Shown: positions 1 through 12,643, numbered from the stretch's first letter. The stretch: 64,000 nt of DNA from Pecten maximus (GCF_902652985.1 NC_047018.1:23622001-23686000), one strand, 5' to 3'. The notes: generated from the sequence alone by a model not told the origin. Translations and numbers: made by a program.

Positions 1-86
1 TAACACCAACATACCGCAGCCTCCCAAAACACACATACGCACTGACCACACGCATGCATCTCGCACGCACATATATATTATATATA

Positions 87-208
87 TATATATTAACTGT
101 ATAACGATGGTCACTCGTTGGCAGTATATATTAACTGTATAACGATGATCACTCGTCGGCAGTATATATTAACGGTATAACGATGATCACTCGTCGGCAG
201 TATATATT
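87..208. repeat. 38-bp tandem repeat, ~3 copies (TATATATTAACTGTATAACGATGATCACTCGTCGGCAG)
   Basis: Units start at 87, 125, 163 and 201 (partial) with 1-3 mismatches; preceded by (AT)n. Confidence 0.93.
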
Positions 209-688
209 TACCAAAGAAGATTAGCTATCGCAATCAAACGATAACGCTTATTCAGGCAGATGTCCAATGTTATAATGTACATCTTTCCAATGCATCAAGC
301 TCTCCATGGATAAATACTGGTATACAGGAGGACATGTCATTTTCCCCTTTAGGAATGATCCAAGTACACGTCGTGTGAGAGGAAGGCGTAGCATCAAATA
401 CACATGTCCGGTTTATATTAATAAAGCATTTCGGTCAATCGCTGCCACATCCAATGCTTCAGACGGCGTTAGTTTCCTCAGATCAGTCTGGTTCTGTACA
501 AGTGACGGTGAATGAGCAGCGATTTCACGCCCAGTTGACGTATTGTCTTATAAGTGTTGAACTGACGCCTCCCTAGACATGATACCACGTCAATGAAGGC
601 TCCCCTCCACATGTTCCGGACGGCTGTAACCGCACGACGCGCCAAGATACCACTTCATCGCCACTTCAAGCGTCGGCATCCGCCGATG

Positions 689-703
689 ACGCCAGAGGGC
701 GCT
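689..703 (+). promoter_or_regulatory. CTCF-like motif ACGCCAGAGGGCGCT
   Basis: Close match to the bilaterian CTCF core CCASYAGRKGGCRS, inside a CpG-richer block. Motif match only. Confidence 0.35.
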
Positions 704-1131
704 TTTAACAAAACGTCCAATTTTCTGCCTTTGCAAAACACTTTATACCAAGTTTTAATTCTTTTCAGTATTTCCTTTTCATAAGCAAGCAATTTTCTTT
801 CTGTGAACGATACGATTATTAGGTTAGGGAAAGCTAGATTTGTCAGGGACTTTACAAACTAGAAATTCATATCCGCTTCTGGCCTTACCGTCCGTTCGCG
901 GAGAGGTTTCCAAACAATAATCTAGTGCTTTTGAAGCAATCACAAGTCATTAAGCATGTGCTTTTTTCTGTGATGAGACACGTTATTTTTCTGATTTATA
1001 CAATTCTAAATGATTCATTCCAAGGCAATTCGGACCGTCAGCACTCTTTGAAGTATGTACGTTTACCGTCAGTGGCAGCCGCTAGCATGATTGCGAACAG
1101 CGTCAAACATGGTCACGCGCACGATTTTACA

Positions 1132-1149
1132 TAGCGCCCCCTAGGGGCA
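1132..1149 (-). promoter_or_regulatory. CTCF-like motif TAGCGCCCCCTAGGGGCA (reverse orientation)
   Basis: The first 11 nt are identical to the reverse complement of the canonical CTCF motif (TAGCGCCCCCTGGTGGCCA). Motif match only. Confidence 0.4.
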
Positions 1150-1965
1150 TGCCCTAAAATAACGGTAAATCAGAACGATTTGTGACGGGAAACTTTGATC
1201 CAAAAGTCACCTAAAACATTTGGGAATTATTAGAAATTATACATTGATTCTTGGACACAAACGGTATATTTTATCTCTCATTAGAAGAAATAGTGATCAT
1301 TGCTTATTCCCAGGCTGTTTCATATTCACTGCAGGCCTGTTTTAATTACCTTACACATATTATTGCGGGGTACCTTTCTAATTAGCGTGTTTACAATCAC
1401 TGCGGGATAGGCCTCATTTACACGCATTACTCCCAGATTCGGTTCCTACGCAGTAAGTTTAACCTTAAGCAGTTTGATTAGAACACCAACAAATCGAATG
1501 TTTTATAGATAGGCATTTAAAAAAATGTCACTCTGACTTAATTATTACCTGTATGTGTTTATGCGTTCCCGTTTTATTATAACGGGGATTATATGTTTAT
1601 TATTATGGTTGGTATTCACGTTTAGTGAAACAGGCATTATATATATATTACTGGAATGATGTATATGGCGCGTTAAATCTTTAATCATTTTATTCAATAT
1701 ATAATTTTTACAATTTCTGTTTATTGTGACTGATGATATGTATATGTTTATCTAAGCTGATGATATGTGTTAACTTATTATTAGTTTGTTATAACATGTA
1801 TCATTAGTGTTGACTATTCGTTGAATTTAAGTGATTCAGACTCTATAAGAAATCATTAACGAATTTAGTAATGTGTATCCTAAATAGTGGGGTGATAGAA
1901 AAAGGAAGTTGGATGGAGAGAGCGGTATCCAATCACTATCAGACATTGTTGTCCGATCCTCAAGC

Positions 1966-4900
1966 AACCACATTCCCGTGTCCCGCCATCTATCCACCAT
2001 AATTTCCTTGTCCAGCCATCTATCCACCACATTCCCGTGTCCCACCATCTGTCCACCACCATTCCCGTGTTCCGCAATCTATCCACCACCATTCCCGGGT
2101 TCCGCCATCTATCCACCACATTCCCGTGTCCCACCATCTGTCCACCACCATTCCCGTGTTCCGCAATCTATCCACCACCATTCCCGTATCCCACCATCTA
2201 TCTACCACCACTCCCGTGTCCCACCATCTATCAACCACCATTCCCGTGTTCCGCAATCTATCTACCACCATTCCCGTGTCCCGCCATCTATCCACCACCA
2301 TTCCTGTTGTCTCGCCATCTATCCACCACCATTCTCGTGTCCCGCTATCTATCAACCACCATTCCCGTGTCCCGCTATCAATCTGCCACCATTCCCGTGT
2401 CCCGCCATTTATCCAACCACAATTCCCGTGTCCCGTCATCTATCTACCACCATTCCCGTTGTCCCGTCATCTATCAACCACCATTCCAGTGTCCCGCCAT
2501 CTATCAACCACCATTCCCGTTGTCCCGCCATCTATCAACCACCATTCGTGTTGTCCCGTCATCTTTCAACCATCATTCCCGTGTCCCGCCATCTATCAAC
2601 CACCATTCCCGTGTCCCGCCATCTATCTACCACCAAAACTGTGTCCCGCCATATATCCACCACCATTTCGTGTCCGTCATCTATCAACCACCATTCCCGT
2701 GCCGACCATCTACCAACCACCACTCCCGTATCCCGCCATCTATCCGCCACAATTCCTGTTGTCCCGCTATCTATTAACCACCATTCCCGTGTCCCACCAT
2801 CTATCAACTACCACTCCCGTATCCCGTCATCTATCTATCACCATTCCCGTGTCCCACCATCTATTAACCACCATTCCCGTGTCCCACCATCTATCAACTA
2901 CTACTCCCGTATCCCGCCATCTATCTATCATCATTCCCGTGTCCCACCATCTATCCACCACCATTCCCGTGTCCCGCTATCTATAAACCACCATTCCCGT
3001 GTCCCGCTATCAATCTGCCACCATTCCCGTGTCCCGTCATTTATCAACCATCATTCCCGTGTCCCACCATCTATCAACCACCATTCCCGTGTCCCGCCAT
3101 CTATCTACCACCATTCATGTTGTCTCGCCATCTATCAACCACCATTCCCGTGTCCCGTCATTTAACAACCACCACTCCCGTGTCCCACCATCTATCTACC
3201 ACCATTCATGTTGTCTCGCCATCTATCAACCACCATTCCCGTGTCCCGCTATCTATCAACCATCATTCCCGTGTCCCGCTATCAATCTGCCACCATTCCC
3301 GTGTCACGTCATTTATCCACCACCATTCCCGTGTCCCAACATCTATCTACCACCATTCCCGTGTCCCACCATCTATCTACCACCATTCCTGTTGTCTCGC
3401 CATCTATCCACCACCATTCCCGTGTCCCGTCATTTATCCACCACCATTCCCGTGTCCCACCATCTATCTACCACCATTCCCGTGTCCCACCATCTATCTA
3501 CCACCATTCCTGTTGTCTCGTCATTTATCCACCACCATTCCCATGTCCCGCCATTTATCTACCACCATTCCCGTGTCCCACCATCTATCTACCACCATTC
3601 CCGTGTCCCGCCATCTATCTACCACCATTCCCGTGTCCCGCCATCTATCTACCACCATTCCCGTGTCCCGCCATCTATCTACCACCATTTCCGTGTCCCG
3701 CCATCTATCTACCACCATTCCCGTGTCCCGCCATCTATCTACCCCCATTCCCGTATATCCCGCCATCTATCTACCATCATTCCCGTGTCCCGCCATCTAT
3801 CTACCACCATTCCCGTGTCCCGCCATCTATCTACCACCATTCCCGTGTCCCGCCATCTATCTACCCCCATTCCCGTATATCCCGCCATCTATCTACCATC
3901 ATTCCCGTGTCCCGCCATCTATCTACCACCATTCCCGTGTCCCGCCATATATCTACCACCATTTCCGTGTCCCGCCATCTATCAACCACCATTCCCGTGT
4001 CCCGCCATCTATCAACCACCATTCCCGTGTCCCACCATCTATCAACCACCATTCCCTTACATGTTCCGCCATCTAACTACCATCATTCCCGTGTCCCGCC
4101 ATCTATCTACCACCACTCCCGTGTTCCACCATCTATCTACCACCATTCCCGTGTCCCGCCATCTATCTATCACCATTCCCGTGTCCCACCATCTATCTAC
4201 CACTATTCCCGTTTCCCACCATCTATCTACCGTCACTCCACTTATCCCGCCATCTATCTACCACCACTCCCGTGTCCCGCCATCTATCAACCACCATTCC
4301 CGTGTCCCGCCATCTATCTACCACCATTCCCGTGTCCCACCATCTATCAACCACCATTCCTGTTGTCCCGCCATCTATCAACCACTATTCCCGTGTCCCG
4401 TCATCTATCTACCACCATTCCCGTGTCCCACCATCTATCTACCACCATTCCCGTGTCCCGTCATCTATCTACCACCATTCCCGTGTCCCACCATCTATCT
4501 ACCACCATTCCCGTGTCCCGTCATCTATCTACCACCATTCCCGTGTCCCACCATCTATCTACCACCATTCCCGTGTCCCACCATCTATCTACCACCATTC
4601 CCGTGTCCCGTCTTATATATACCACCACTCTCGTGTCCTGCCATCTATCTATCACCATTCCCGTGTCCCGCCATCTATCAACCACCATTCCCGTGTCCCG
4701 CCATCTATCTACCACCACTCCCGTGTCCTGCCATCTATCTACCACCATTCCCGTGTTCCGCCATCTATCTCCCACCACTCCCGTGTCCCGCCATCTATCT
4801 ATCACCATTCCCGTGTCCCGCCATCTATCAACCACCATTCCCGTGTCCTGCCATCTATCTATCACCATTCCGTGTCCCGCCATCTATCAACCACCATTCC

Positions 4901-5290
4901 CGTGTCCTGCCATCTATCTATCACCATTTCCGTGTCCCACCATCTATCAACCACCATTCCCGTGTCCCGCCATCAATCCACCATCATTCCCGTGTCCCGC
5001 CATCTATCTATCACCATTCCCGTATCCCGCCATATATCTACAACCATTCCCGTGTCCCACCATCTATCTCCCATCACTCCACTTATCCCGCCATCTATCT
5101 ACCACCACTCCCGTGTCCCACCATCTATCAACCACCATTCCCGTGTCCCACCATCTATCAACCACCATTCCCGTGTCCCGCCATTTATCTACCACCATTC
5201 CCGTGTCCCACCATCTATCCACCACCATTCCTGTGTCCCACCATCTATCCACCACCATTCCTGTGTCCCGCCATCTATCCACCACTATTT
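1966..5290. repeat. Minisatellite, 30-bp unit (CCACCATTCCCGTGTCCCGCCATCTATCTA), ~110 copies
   Basis: Visible 30-nt periodicity with occasional 1-2 nt indels; C-rich plus strand and G-rich minus strand. Explains all overlapping ORFs between 1836 and 5383. Confidence 0.98.
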
Positions 5291-6586
5291 CAGGTGCATC
5301 TCCGCCGCCACCACTATACCGCTTTTCCTGCTGTCATATCTAGCCTCAGCCACTTAAGGCGGAAACAACGATGGCTAGAATAATGAACCTCCAATGTAAA
5401 TAATTGAATTGTTATGAAAACCGGAACTGCCCTTTTTTAAGACCACGGCCGTGTTTTGTTTTCTAATAATGCAATTTATTTTACCTGCTAATACATTGAT
5501 AAAACAGTTATTGTACCCTATAGATGATTCGATGAAGTATAAACAAACACTTTGTTTTATCAAAATATAGTTTTAAATATTGATGTTATCACTACAAAGA
5601 AATGCCCCACCTCATATGCCACTGTACCATTGATTCGGGCTCCTGTTTACATTGTATGTAGCCTACACTCTGAACTGACCATTGGTTGGACAGTCCAGAC
5701 CATATGCGTAAACACTATGACCATATGCTGTACAGAACACTTGACCAAAAGTGACCAAATATTCAAATCTTTCAAATCACAAGGTCAAGTGGTCAATTGG
5801 TCATCGGGTTTGGATTCTTTAAGAGCTTATAACTACGCGTATACCGAGGTACTTGTACTTTTTTCGCTTGATTGACATTGTTTGAATTTTTAACTGTAGA
5901 TTAAATCGTCCGGAAATTTCAAGTCCAAACAATAAAAGGTGGATTAAAATTCAACGAAAATGATTGGAATTATTTTAAGTGTCAAGGAATAAGTCAAGCT
6001 GTCAACAAATGCCAGCAATATAAACATGGCATACGGCCGTTATTGTGAATCGAACTAGGGCCCAGAGGGAATCTTAAGAGCTGACTTATGGAGACGCGAG
6101 TCAGACTTTCTTTTGTCACGAGGTGTTGTAACAACCATAACATATAAGGAATTTTGACAGCTTAAAATAAAAAAAAATCAAAGACAGAGCGATACCTGTA
6201 GGCTAGTCTATTTATCCTACACGAATTATTGTATAGCTACCGAGGTTTATCAGTAAATCTACTTCAGATGTTCTAATAAGTAATAATATGGTGTCATGTC
6301 CTTGGAAATATCCGTCTGTCATTGTTATAGAAGTAAATGTCCTGTTGTGGAGGTTTATTGTGTTCTGTTATACCAGTTTACACTTTTACCAGTGAAATTA
6401 CGAAAATTATTCATTGTATACATGTACCTTTTTTCACTAGTAAAAATATCACTTTTTGCTGACCAATCAAAACACTGCTTACAAACGACAATTGGAAAAT
6501 CAAAAGCTGTCCTGGTATATTTTGCTATAATATGTAATAAACAATACCTAACATCATCTCCAGTAATACAAATATATTTCATACAT

Positions 6587-6735
6587 TCTTACATTGTCGT
6601 CAGTAATACAAATATATTTCCACTCGTGGGGCTAATTTTTTGATACTTTTCACTCGTGCTGCGCGTTCGTGAAATATATAAAAATGTAAGCCCCACTCGT
6701 GAAATATATTTGGAATTACTGACGACAATGTAAGA
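6587..6735. mobile_element. MITE-like inverted-repeat element
   Basis: Left arm TCTTACATTGTCGTCAGTAATACAAATATATTTC (6587-6620) is nearly the reverse complement of GAAATATATTTGGAATTACTGACGACAATGTAAGA (6701-6735). Inner arms GTGGGGCT/AGCCCCAC; CACTCGTG occurs three times; no coding capacity. Confidence 0.75.
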
Positions 6736-7960
6736 TATCCTCTATGTATATGCAATAGAATGAGGCTTTCTTTATATAACGGTAGAAAGTATATACACCC
6801 AAATAAAGTTATTTAAGTGATTACACCTTGTTAGGAAATATGACAATATTTAGATTGCGAAATTTGCAGAAAGTTATAAGGTAACATAAAAAGCAGCATA
6901 GCACCAAAAATAAAAGTCATATACAGACAAAACAATCACTATATTACCTTTATACAGAATATGTCTTATGATACAGAAATTAACGTAGCAACGAAAATGG
7001 TTACAATAGATATGATCCAGAAATTCTCACAATGAGCTTGTAATATTCCGTCCCTGGTTATTCGCTGTGGTTGATAGTTATTGTGACCCTTTGTAAAAGT
7101 TGATGTTTTTTATATTTTGTAACGGTAAAGAGGAAGTAATATTTACATAGGCCAATAAACTATATGATATAATTGAAAGGGATTTTGCAGAAAATATGCA
7201 AAGATAATCAAATAATTCGAAAAGGAAAACAAACGGATGTTCAATTTTTATCGAATTTTGTGTATAAAACGCCCACAATAAGGTAATCCATCAATCCTTT
7301 AATTACATACAACATCACAATACTTCTCTTTAATGTTTTTAATGACAGGACATAAAGAACATTGAACACATGCATATTAAAGAGAATGGCCAAATAATGA
7401 GGAGGTAGTCACAGCCATAATAATAACGACATTGCTTCTTTGGCGATGTCCATTACACTGTGTTTATGTATGACTGTTTTGCCCGTACCCCTCGGGCCCA
7501 CTATATGTAATCCCGGGCCATTTCTAACTGTACCAAGTAAAAATGAAACTGCTTCCGGCGGAGGAAGCAATCGACAGACGAATACAAAAACCGAAATGTA
7601 ACTTCAATTTTCTCGGTCATTCTGCTGTGCTTGTCGAAAGTGTAAATTTGTATTTTATGTTAATTAAACTGCAAAACCATAATAGATCAAGGTAACCACG
7701 CTACAGTTGTTCAGAAAACGTGCTTTGTAGAGGTACTTAGGGAGAAATATCCGAGGGAATTGTTATAATACACGTCATTTTCAATGTCATGTTCATGCCG
7801 ATTTCGGGTGGATCGGGAATTTCTGTGATTAACAATGTTCCCTTTGTACAGTAAAAACCAAAATATAAAAATATAGAAAATAAAATGAAAAATAAAAAAA
7901 AAACGGCTCCAACAATGAGTGGAATACAAGATGACTTGCTTTGTTCAGTTTCTCTTAAAA

Positions 7961-9810
7961 CGGTTTGACTTGGGTATCCGTAATATATACGGGTTTAACT
8001 TGGGTATCAGTAATTTATACGGGTTTAACTTGGGTATCAGTAATTTATACGGGTTTGACTTGGGTATCAGTAATTTATACGGGTTTGACTTGGGTATCAG
8101 TAATTTATACGGGTTTGACTTGGGTATCAGTAATTTATACGGGTTTGACCTAAGTATCAGTAATTTGTACGGGTTTAACTTGAGTATCAGTAATTTATAC
8201 GGGTTTGACTTGAGTATCAGTAATTTATACGGGTTTGACTTGAGTATCAGTAATTTATACGGGTTTGACCTGAGTATCAGTAATTTATACGGGTTTGACT
8301 CGAGTATCAGTAATATATACGGGTTTGACCTGAGTATCAGTAATTTATACGGGTTTGACTTGAGTATCAGTAATTTATATGGGTTTGACTTGAGTATCAG
8401 TAATTTATACGGGTTTGACCTGAGTATCAGTGATTTATACGGGTTTGACTTAAGTATCAGTAATTTATACGGGTTTGACTTGAGTATCAGTAATTTATAC
8501 GGGTTTGACTTGAGTATCAGTAATTTATACGGGTTTGACTTAAGTATCAGTAATATATGCGGGTTTGACCTGGGTATCAGTAATTTATACGGGTTTGACC
8601 TGAGTATCAGTAATTTATACGGGTTTGACTTGAGTATCAGTAATTTATATGGGTTTGACTTGAGTATCAGTAATTTATACAGGTTTGACCTGGGTATCAG
8701 TGATTCATACGGGTTTGACCTGAGTATCAGTAATTTATATGGGTTTGACTTGAGTATCAGTAATTTATACGGGTTTGACCTGAGTATCAGTAATTTATAA
8801 GGGTTTGACTTGAGTATCAGTAATTTATACGGGTTTGACCTGGGTATCAGTGATTGATACGGGTTTGACTTGAGTATCAGTGATTTATACGGGTTTGACT
8901 TAAGTATCAGTAATTTATACGGGTTTGACTTGAGTATCAGTAATTTATACGGGTTTGACTTGAGTATCAGTAATTTATACGGGTTTGACTTGAGTATCAG
9001 TAATTTATACGGGTTTGACCTGAGTATCAGTAATTTATACGGGTTTGACTCGAGTATCAGTAATATATACGGGTTTGACCTGAGTATCAGTAATTTATAC
9101 GGGTTTGACTTGAGTATCAGTAATTTATATGGGTTTGACTTGAGTATCAGTAATTTATACGGGTTTGACCTGAGTATCAGTGATTTATACGGGTTTGACT
9201 TGGGTATCAGTAATTTATACGGGTTTGACTTGAGTATCAGTAATTTATACGGGTTTGACTTGAGTATCAGTGATTTATACGGGTTTGACTTAAGTATCAG
9301 TAATATATGCGGGTTTGACCTGGGTATCAGTAATTTATACGGGTTTGACCTGAGTATCAGTAATTTATACGGGTTTGACTTGAGTATCAGTAATTTATAT
9401 GGGTTTGACTTGAGTATCAGTAATTTATACAGGTTTGACCTGGGTATCAGTGATTCATACGGGTTTGACCTGAGTATCAGTAATTTATATGGGTTTGACT
9501 TGAGTATCAGTAATTTATACGGGTTTGACCTGAGTATCAGTAATTTATAAGGGTTTGACTTGAGTATCAGTAATTTATACGGGTTTGACCTGGGTATCAG
9601 TGATTGATACGGGTTTGACTTGGGTATCAGTAATTTATACGGGTTTGACCTGAGTATCAATAATTTATACGGTTTGACTTGGGTATCAGTAATTTATACG
9701 GGTTTGACTTAAGTATCAGTAATATATACGGGTTTAACTCGAGTATCAGTAACTTATACGGGTTTGACTTGAGTATCAGTGACTTGTACTCGTTTGACTT
9801 GATTATCATT
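7961..9810. repeat. Minisatellite, 30-bp unit (GGGTTTGACTTGAGTATCAGTAATTTATAC), ~61 copies, with an internal 750-bp duplication
   Basis: Exact 30-nt register over ~1.7 kb; diagnostic variants recur 750 bp apart. Explains ORFs 7919..8800, 7945..9660 and 8870..9550. Confidence 0.98.
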
Positions 9811-10660
9811 AAGTTATTCATCTGTAGATATTAAATAACCGATAATGTTGCAGTAATAAATCTCATTTGATCAATAATTTATGCGGTGACAACCTAATTT
9901 TATCATAAGATATGCCTATGTATATAACTTGTCAAATAGAAATTTAAATTTCATTTTAAACCAAGATGTTAAAACAAAATAGAAATGTTTTAAAATCAGA
10001 TAATTAAAATCAAACAAGCACAGTCTCAGCGTCGATATGTATGTTGATTTTGTGGCGGATGACAATGTTTCGTTAGCTGCTGTCGTCAAACCTGGTGCGC
10101 TTGTGACAATATGATTTATTAGGAAGCAGATTCATCTAGAAACATATGGTATCTACTGTATCCTTGAACATGTTAGGGTAACGATTTCACTGTCAAAATA
10201 TTGACAAAAGATTTGTCAGGCGAAATCTAGAAATAGATAAATGAAAATATTTCAATTTCTACTCAAGTTGGACTCGATGAAACTACCAAACTTAATCTGT
10301 TTCATTTGCTCATGAATTTGACGAGATTAACACTGATCAGTGCGTATGAATACCTAGACAAAATCCTTCCGCGAAACGATTTCACCTTTTCTACATTGTT
10401 GTTATAAACATGGAATAATTATTAAAATCATCAAATTGATAATGTATTCTTGTATTTTATGAAAGACCAGATATGCTAAATACTTCTATTTTGACAAAAT
10501 AATGATTTTTTAATCCTAAAATGGCGGACTATTTTACTCGACCGACTAGACATGCACAATCCGGAACTCCTCGGGCTTTTCCGTATTTGGACTTGCACAA
10601 GCTTCGAGACATTAATATCTAGACCGACTTTTTTATTCGAAAAAAAAACCAATTGAAATA

Positions 10661-10774
10661 TAAGGATTGAATCTTGATTTTGTCGATTTCATGGGGTCTT
10701 TTATATTGATTTTGTCTCAAAAGCAACTCAATTCATGACCCCATGAAATCGACAAAATCAAGATTCAATCCTTA
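10661..10774. mobile_element. 114-bp hairpin/MITE with perfect 38-bp inverted arms
   Basis: TAAGGATTGAATCTTGATTTTGTCGATTTCATGGGGTC (10661-10698) is the exact reverse complement of 10737-10774; 38-bp spacer; both ends are TA. Confidence 0.8.
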
Positions 10775-12643
10775 AATATATAATAGATCAATAAATACAG
10801 TTTGAATGTTATCTTAAACACGTAAATATGGTTATTGTATAAAGGAAGTACGGTTTTATCTTCGACTCATCGACAGTTCTAGAAATTGGTCTTAGACCTA
10901 TTCAAATGTTCCGGAGATACCTGTGCATTTGTATGTGTCATTTATAAATAAAAGAGAAAATAAACGCTAGTCAGTTCTGGATTAAAGTAATAGATTTGTT
11001 ATAATACTATATATATTATTGATAAAGGGGTAAAGCGTAATTAGGTTTGGATTTCAAAGTAAGTACAAAGTAAGTACATGCAGCACATACGACCTTTCTA
11101 AATTGATTTTCTTATTACTTATCTTTATAAAAGAAGGTCGGGAAGCATTAAATCTTTTCCTTTCCTTTTCTTGTAAAATCTAAAGCAACGGAAGGATGTG
11201 AATAATTCACACAATATCCAACAAAAATTCTTCTGCAGACTTGTAAAGGTATTAAACATTCAAGGCGCGTTCAAGTAAGTTTTTATTGATTTTTTCATAA
11301 TTTCGAAAGCTATCTACCATAACACCTATGGCCTTCTAACACTATGGCGTCGGCAAACACAGAAGCTGAAATATTGAGAGAGCACAGACTGTGACTTGAG
11401 GGAAAAGTCGAGCTACTCTGGTGTAGATATCACGATAAACTGAAATGTTTTCTATCATTGATATACCTGCCTACTTTGGGCGCGTTAATGTTATTCCTTC
11501 GTAATGTCGTCCCAGTGAAGGGGAGCAAGGTACCTTGTACTTTATATAATATATACTGGGTCTAGAACCATTTTGTACCTTTTGTTTTAAATTTTAAAGA
11601 TATGTTATCCCTAACAATTTGTCTAGGTTTGTTTCAATGGAAATAACAAAAATCAAGCCCAAACCATGATGTTTCATACCTGGCATTAGCCACTTCAGTC
11701 ATTCGCTACCAAAAACCTGGATATCTATAAAGCTTTTATCATTGCCATAACTTTATTTTGTCCCATTTTACTGGGGTTGACAAACTTTCCACATGTCGCC
11801 ACTCAGCCATTTTGTGTACGTATACCTGGGCGAGCTAGAGCCTGATAAGACCAGGGCGGACGATACAAATGTCTGCCGCTAAAGCCTTATCTCACCCGCC
11901 CAAGGCCCAGTATGCTCATGACTTATCTGTATGTTGATTAAACATTACAGATAATCATTGTTTTAGCAATTCAGAAGTCAGTTCTCGACCGCCCGAGGGC
12001 GCTACTGAGGTGTGTTGCTTGGTACACAGCCATAACGAGGCTGCCGGCGGCCATAGTTTTCACGTCTCATTTCACTCGGTGAATGTTGTACCTTGTGCTC
12101 GCCTATAAACCTTTCCCGATGAATGTTCCTCAAATTGTAAGATTCGATGCTGAGAAGCCACATGCCAGCTTGAGGTTTGAACAGGTTTCTGCAGAAAGTG
12201 CTGTAAAATTAGCATCACTATCACAATGACACTTTCCTATATTCTTCCACGCAAAATGCTGTGGATTAGTGGACTTTATAGCCTCAACAACCAGTAACAA
12301 CTTATACCCGTAACACTCAGTCGCAAACAAGTCGAATCTAACCAAAATATGTTGATACCAGACCCGAAACATTTTTTTTTCATATATCTTGTACATCATA
12401 TTGCTACACATTGCAGTCTTGTTAATGTAATACCAGAATACCCATGGAAGTAACGTCTGTTCTACCAAATCTATAAAATGTATTTCATCATAATGTTGAT
12501 ATTTTCCAATAGAAGAAGCAGTTGTATACATGTAGTGGAGTTTTCTATTCATTTTTCGGCATATGTCTGTTACTAAAATGATGCTTATAGATGATCTCTT
12601 AAAACCAATGATGTTAGGTATTGATCAAAATAAAGCTTCCTTG

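Noticed and set aside
1836-5383. Long Pro/His/Ser-rich ORFs (up to 794 aa), extensin- or adhesive-protein-like
   Set aside because: All three + frames are largely open because the 30-nt unit usually lacks stops. Indels switch freely among the PPFPCPAIY, HHHSRVPPS and TTIPVSRHL frames, and there is no signal peptide or unique domain.
7919-9660. Decapeptide ORFs (GFDLSISNLY / SNPYKLLILK) resembling LRR or solenoid proteins
   Set aside because: They are translations of a near-homogeneous 30-bp DNA repeat, open on both strands, with sporadic stops and no flanking coding sequence.
7961-9810. CRISPR-like or telomere-like array
   Set aside because: Units are contiguous with no unique spacers, and no cas genes are present. 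GGGTTT occurs once per 30-mer rather than as a telomeric tandem repeat. The other arrays also lack spacers.
12130-12552. 140-aa minus-strand ORF
   Set aside because: No recognisable domain, composition like translated AT-rich non-coding DNA, and no convincing splice signals.
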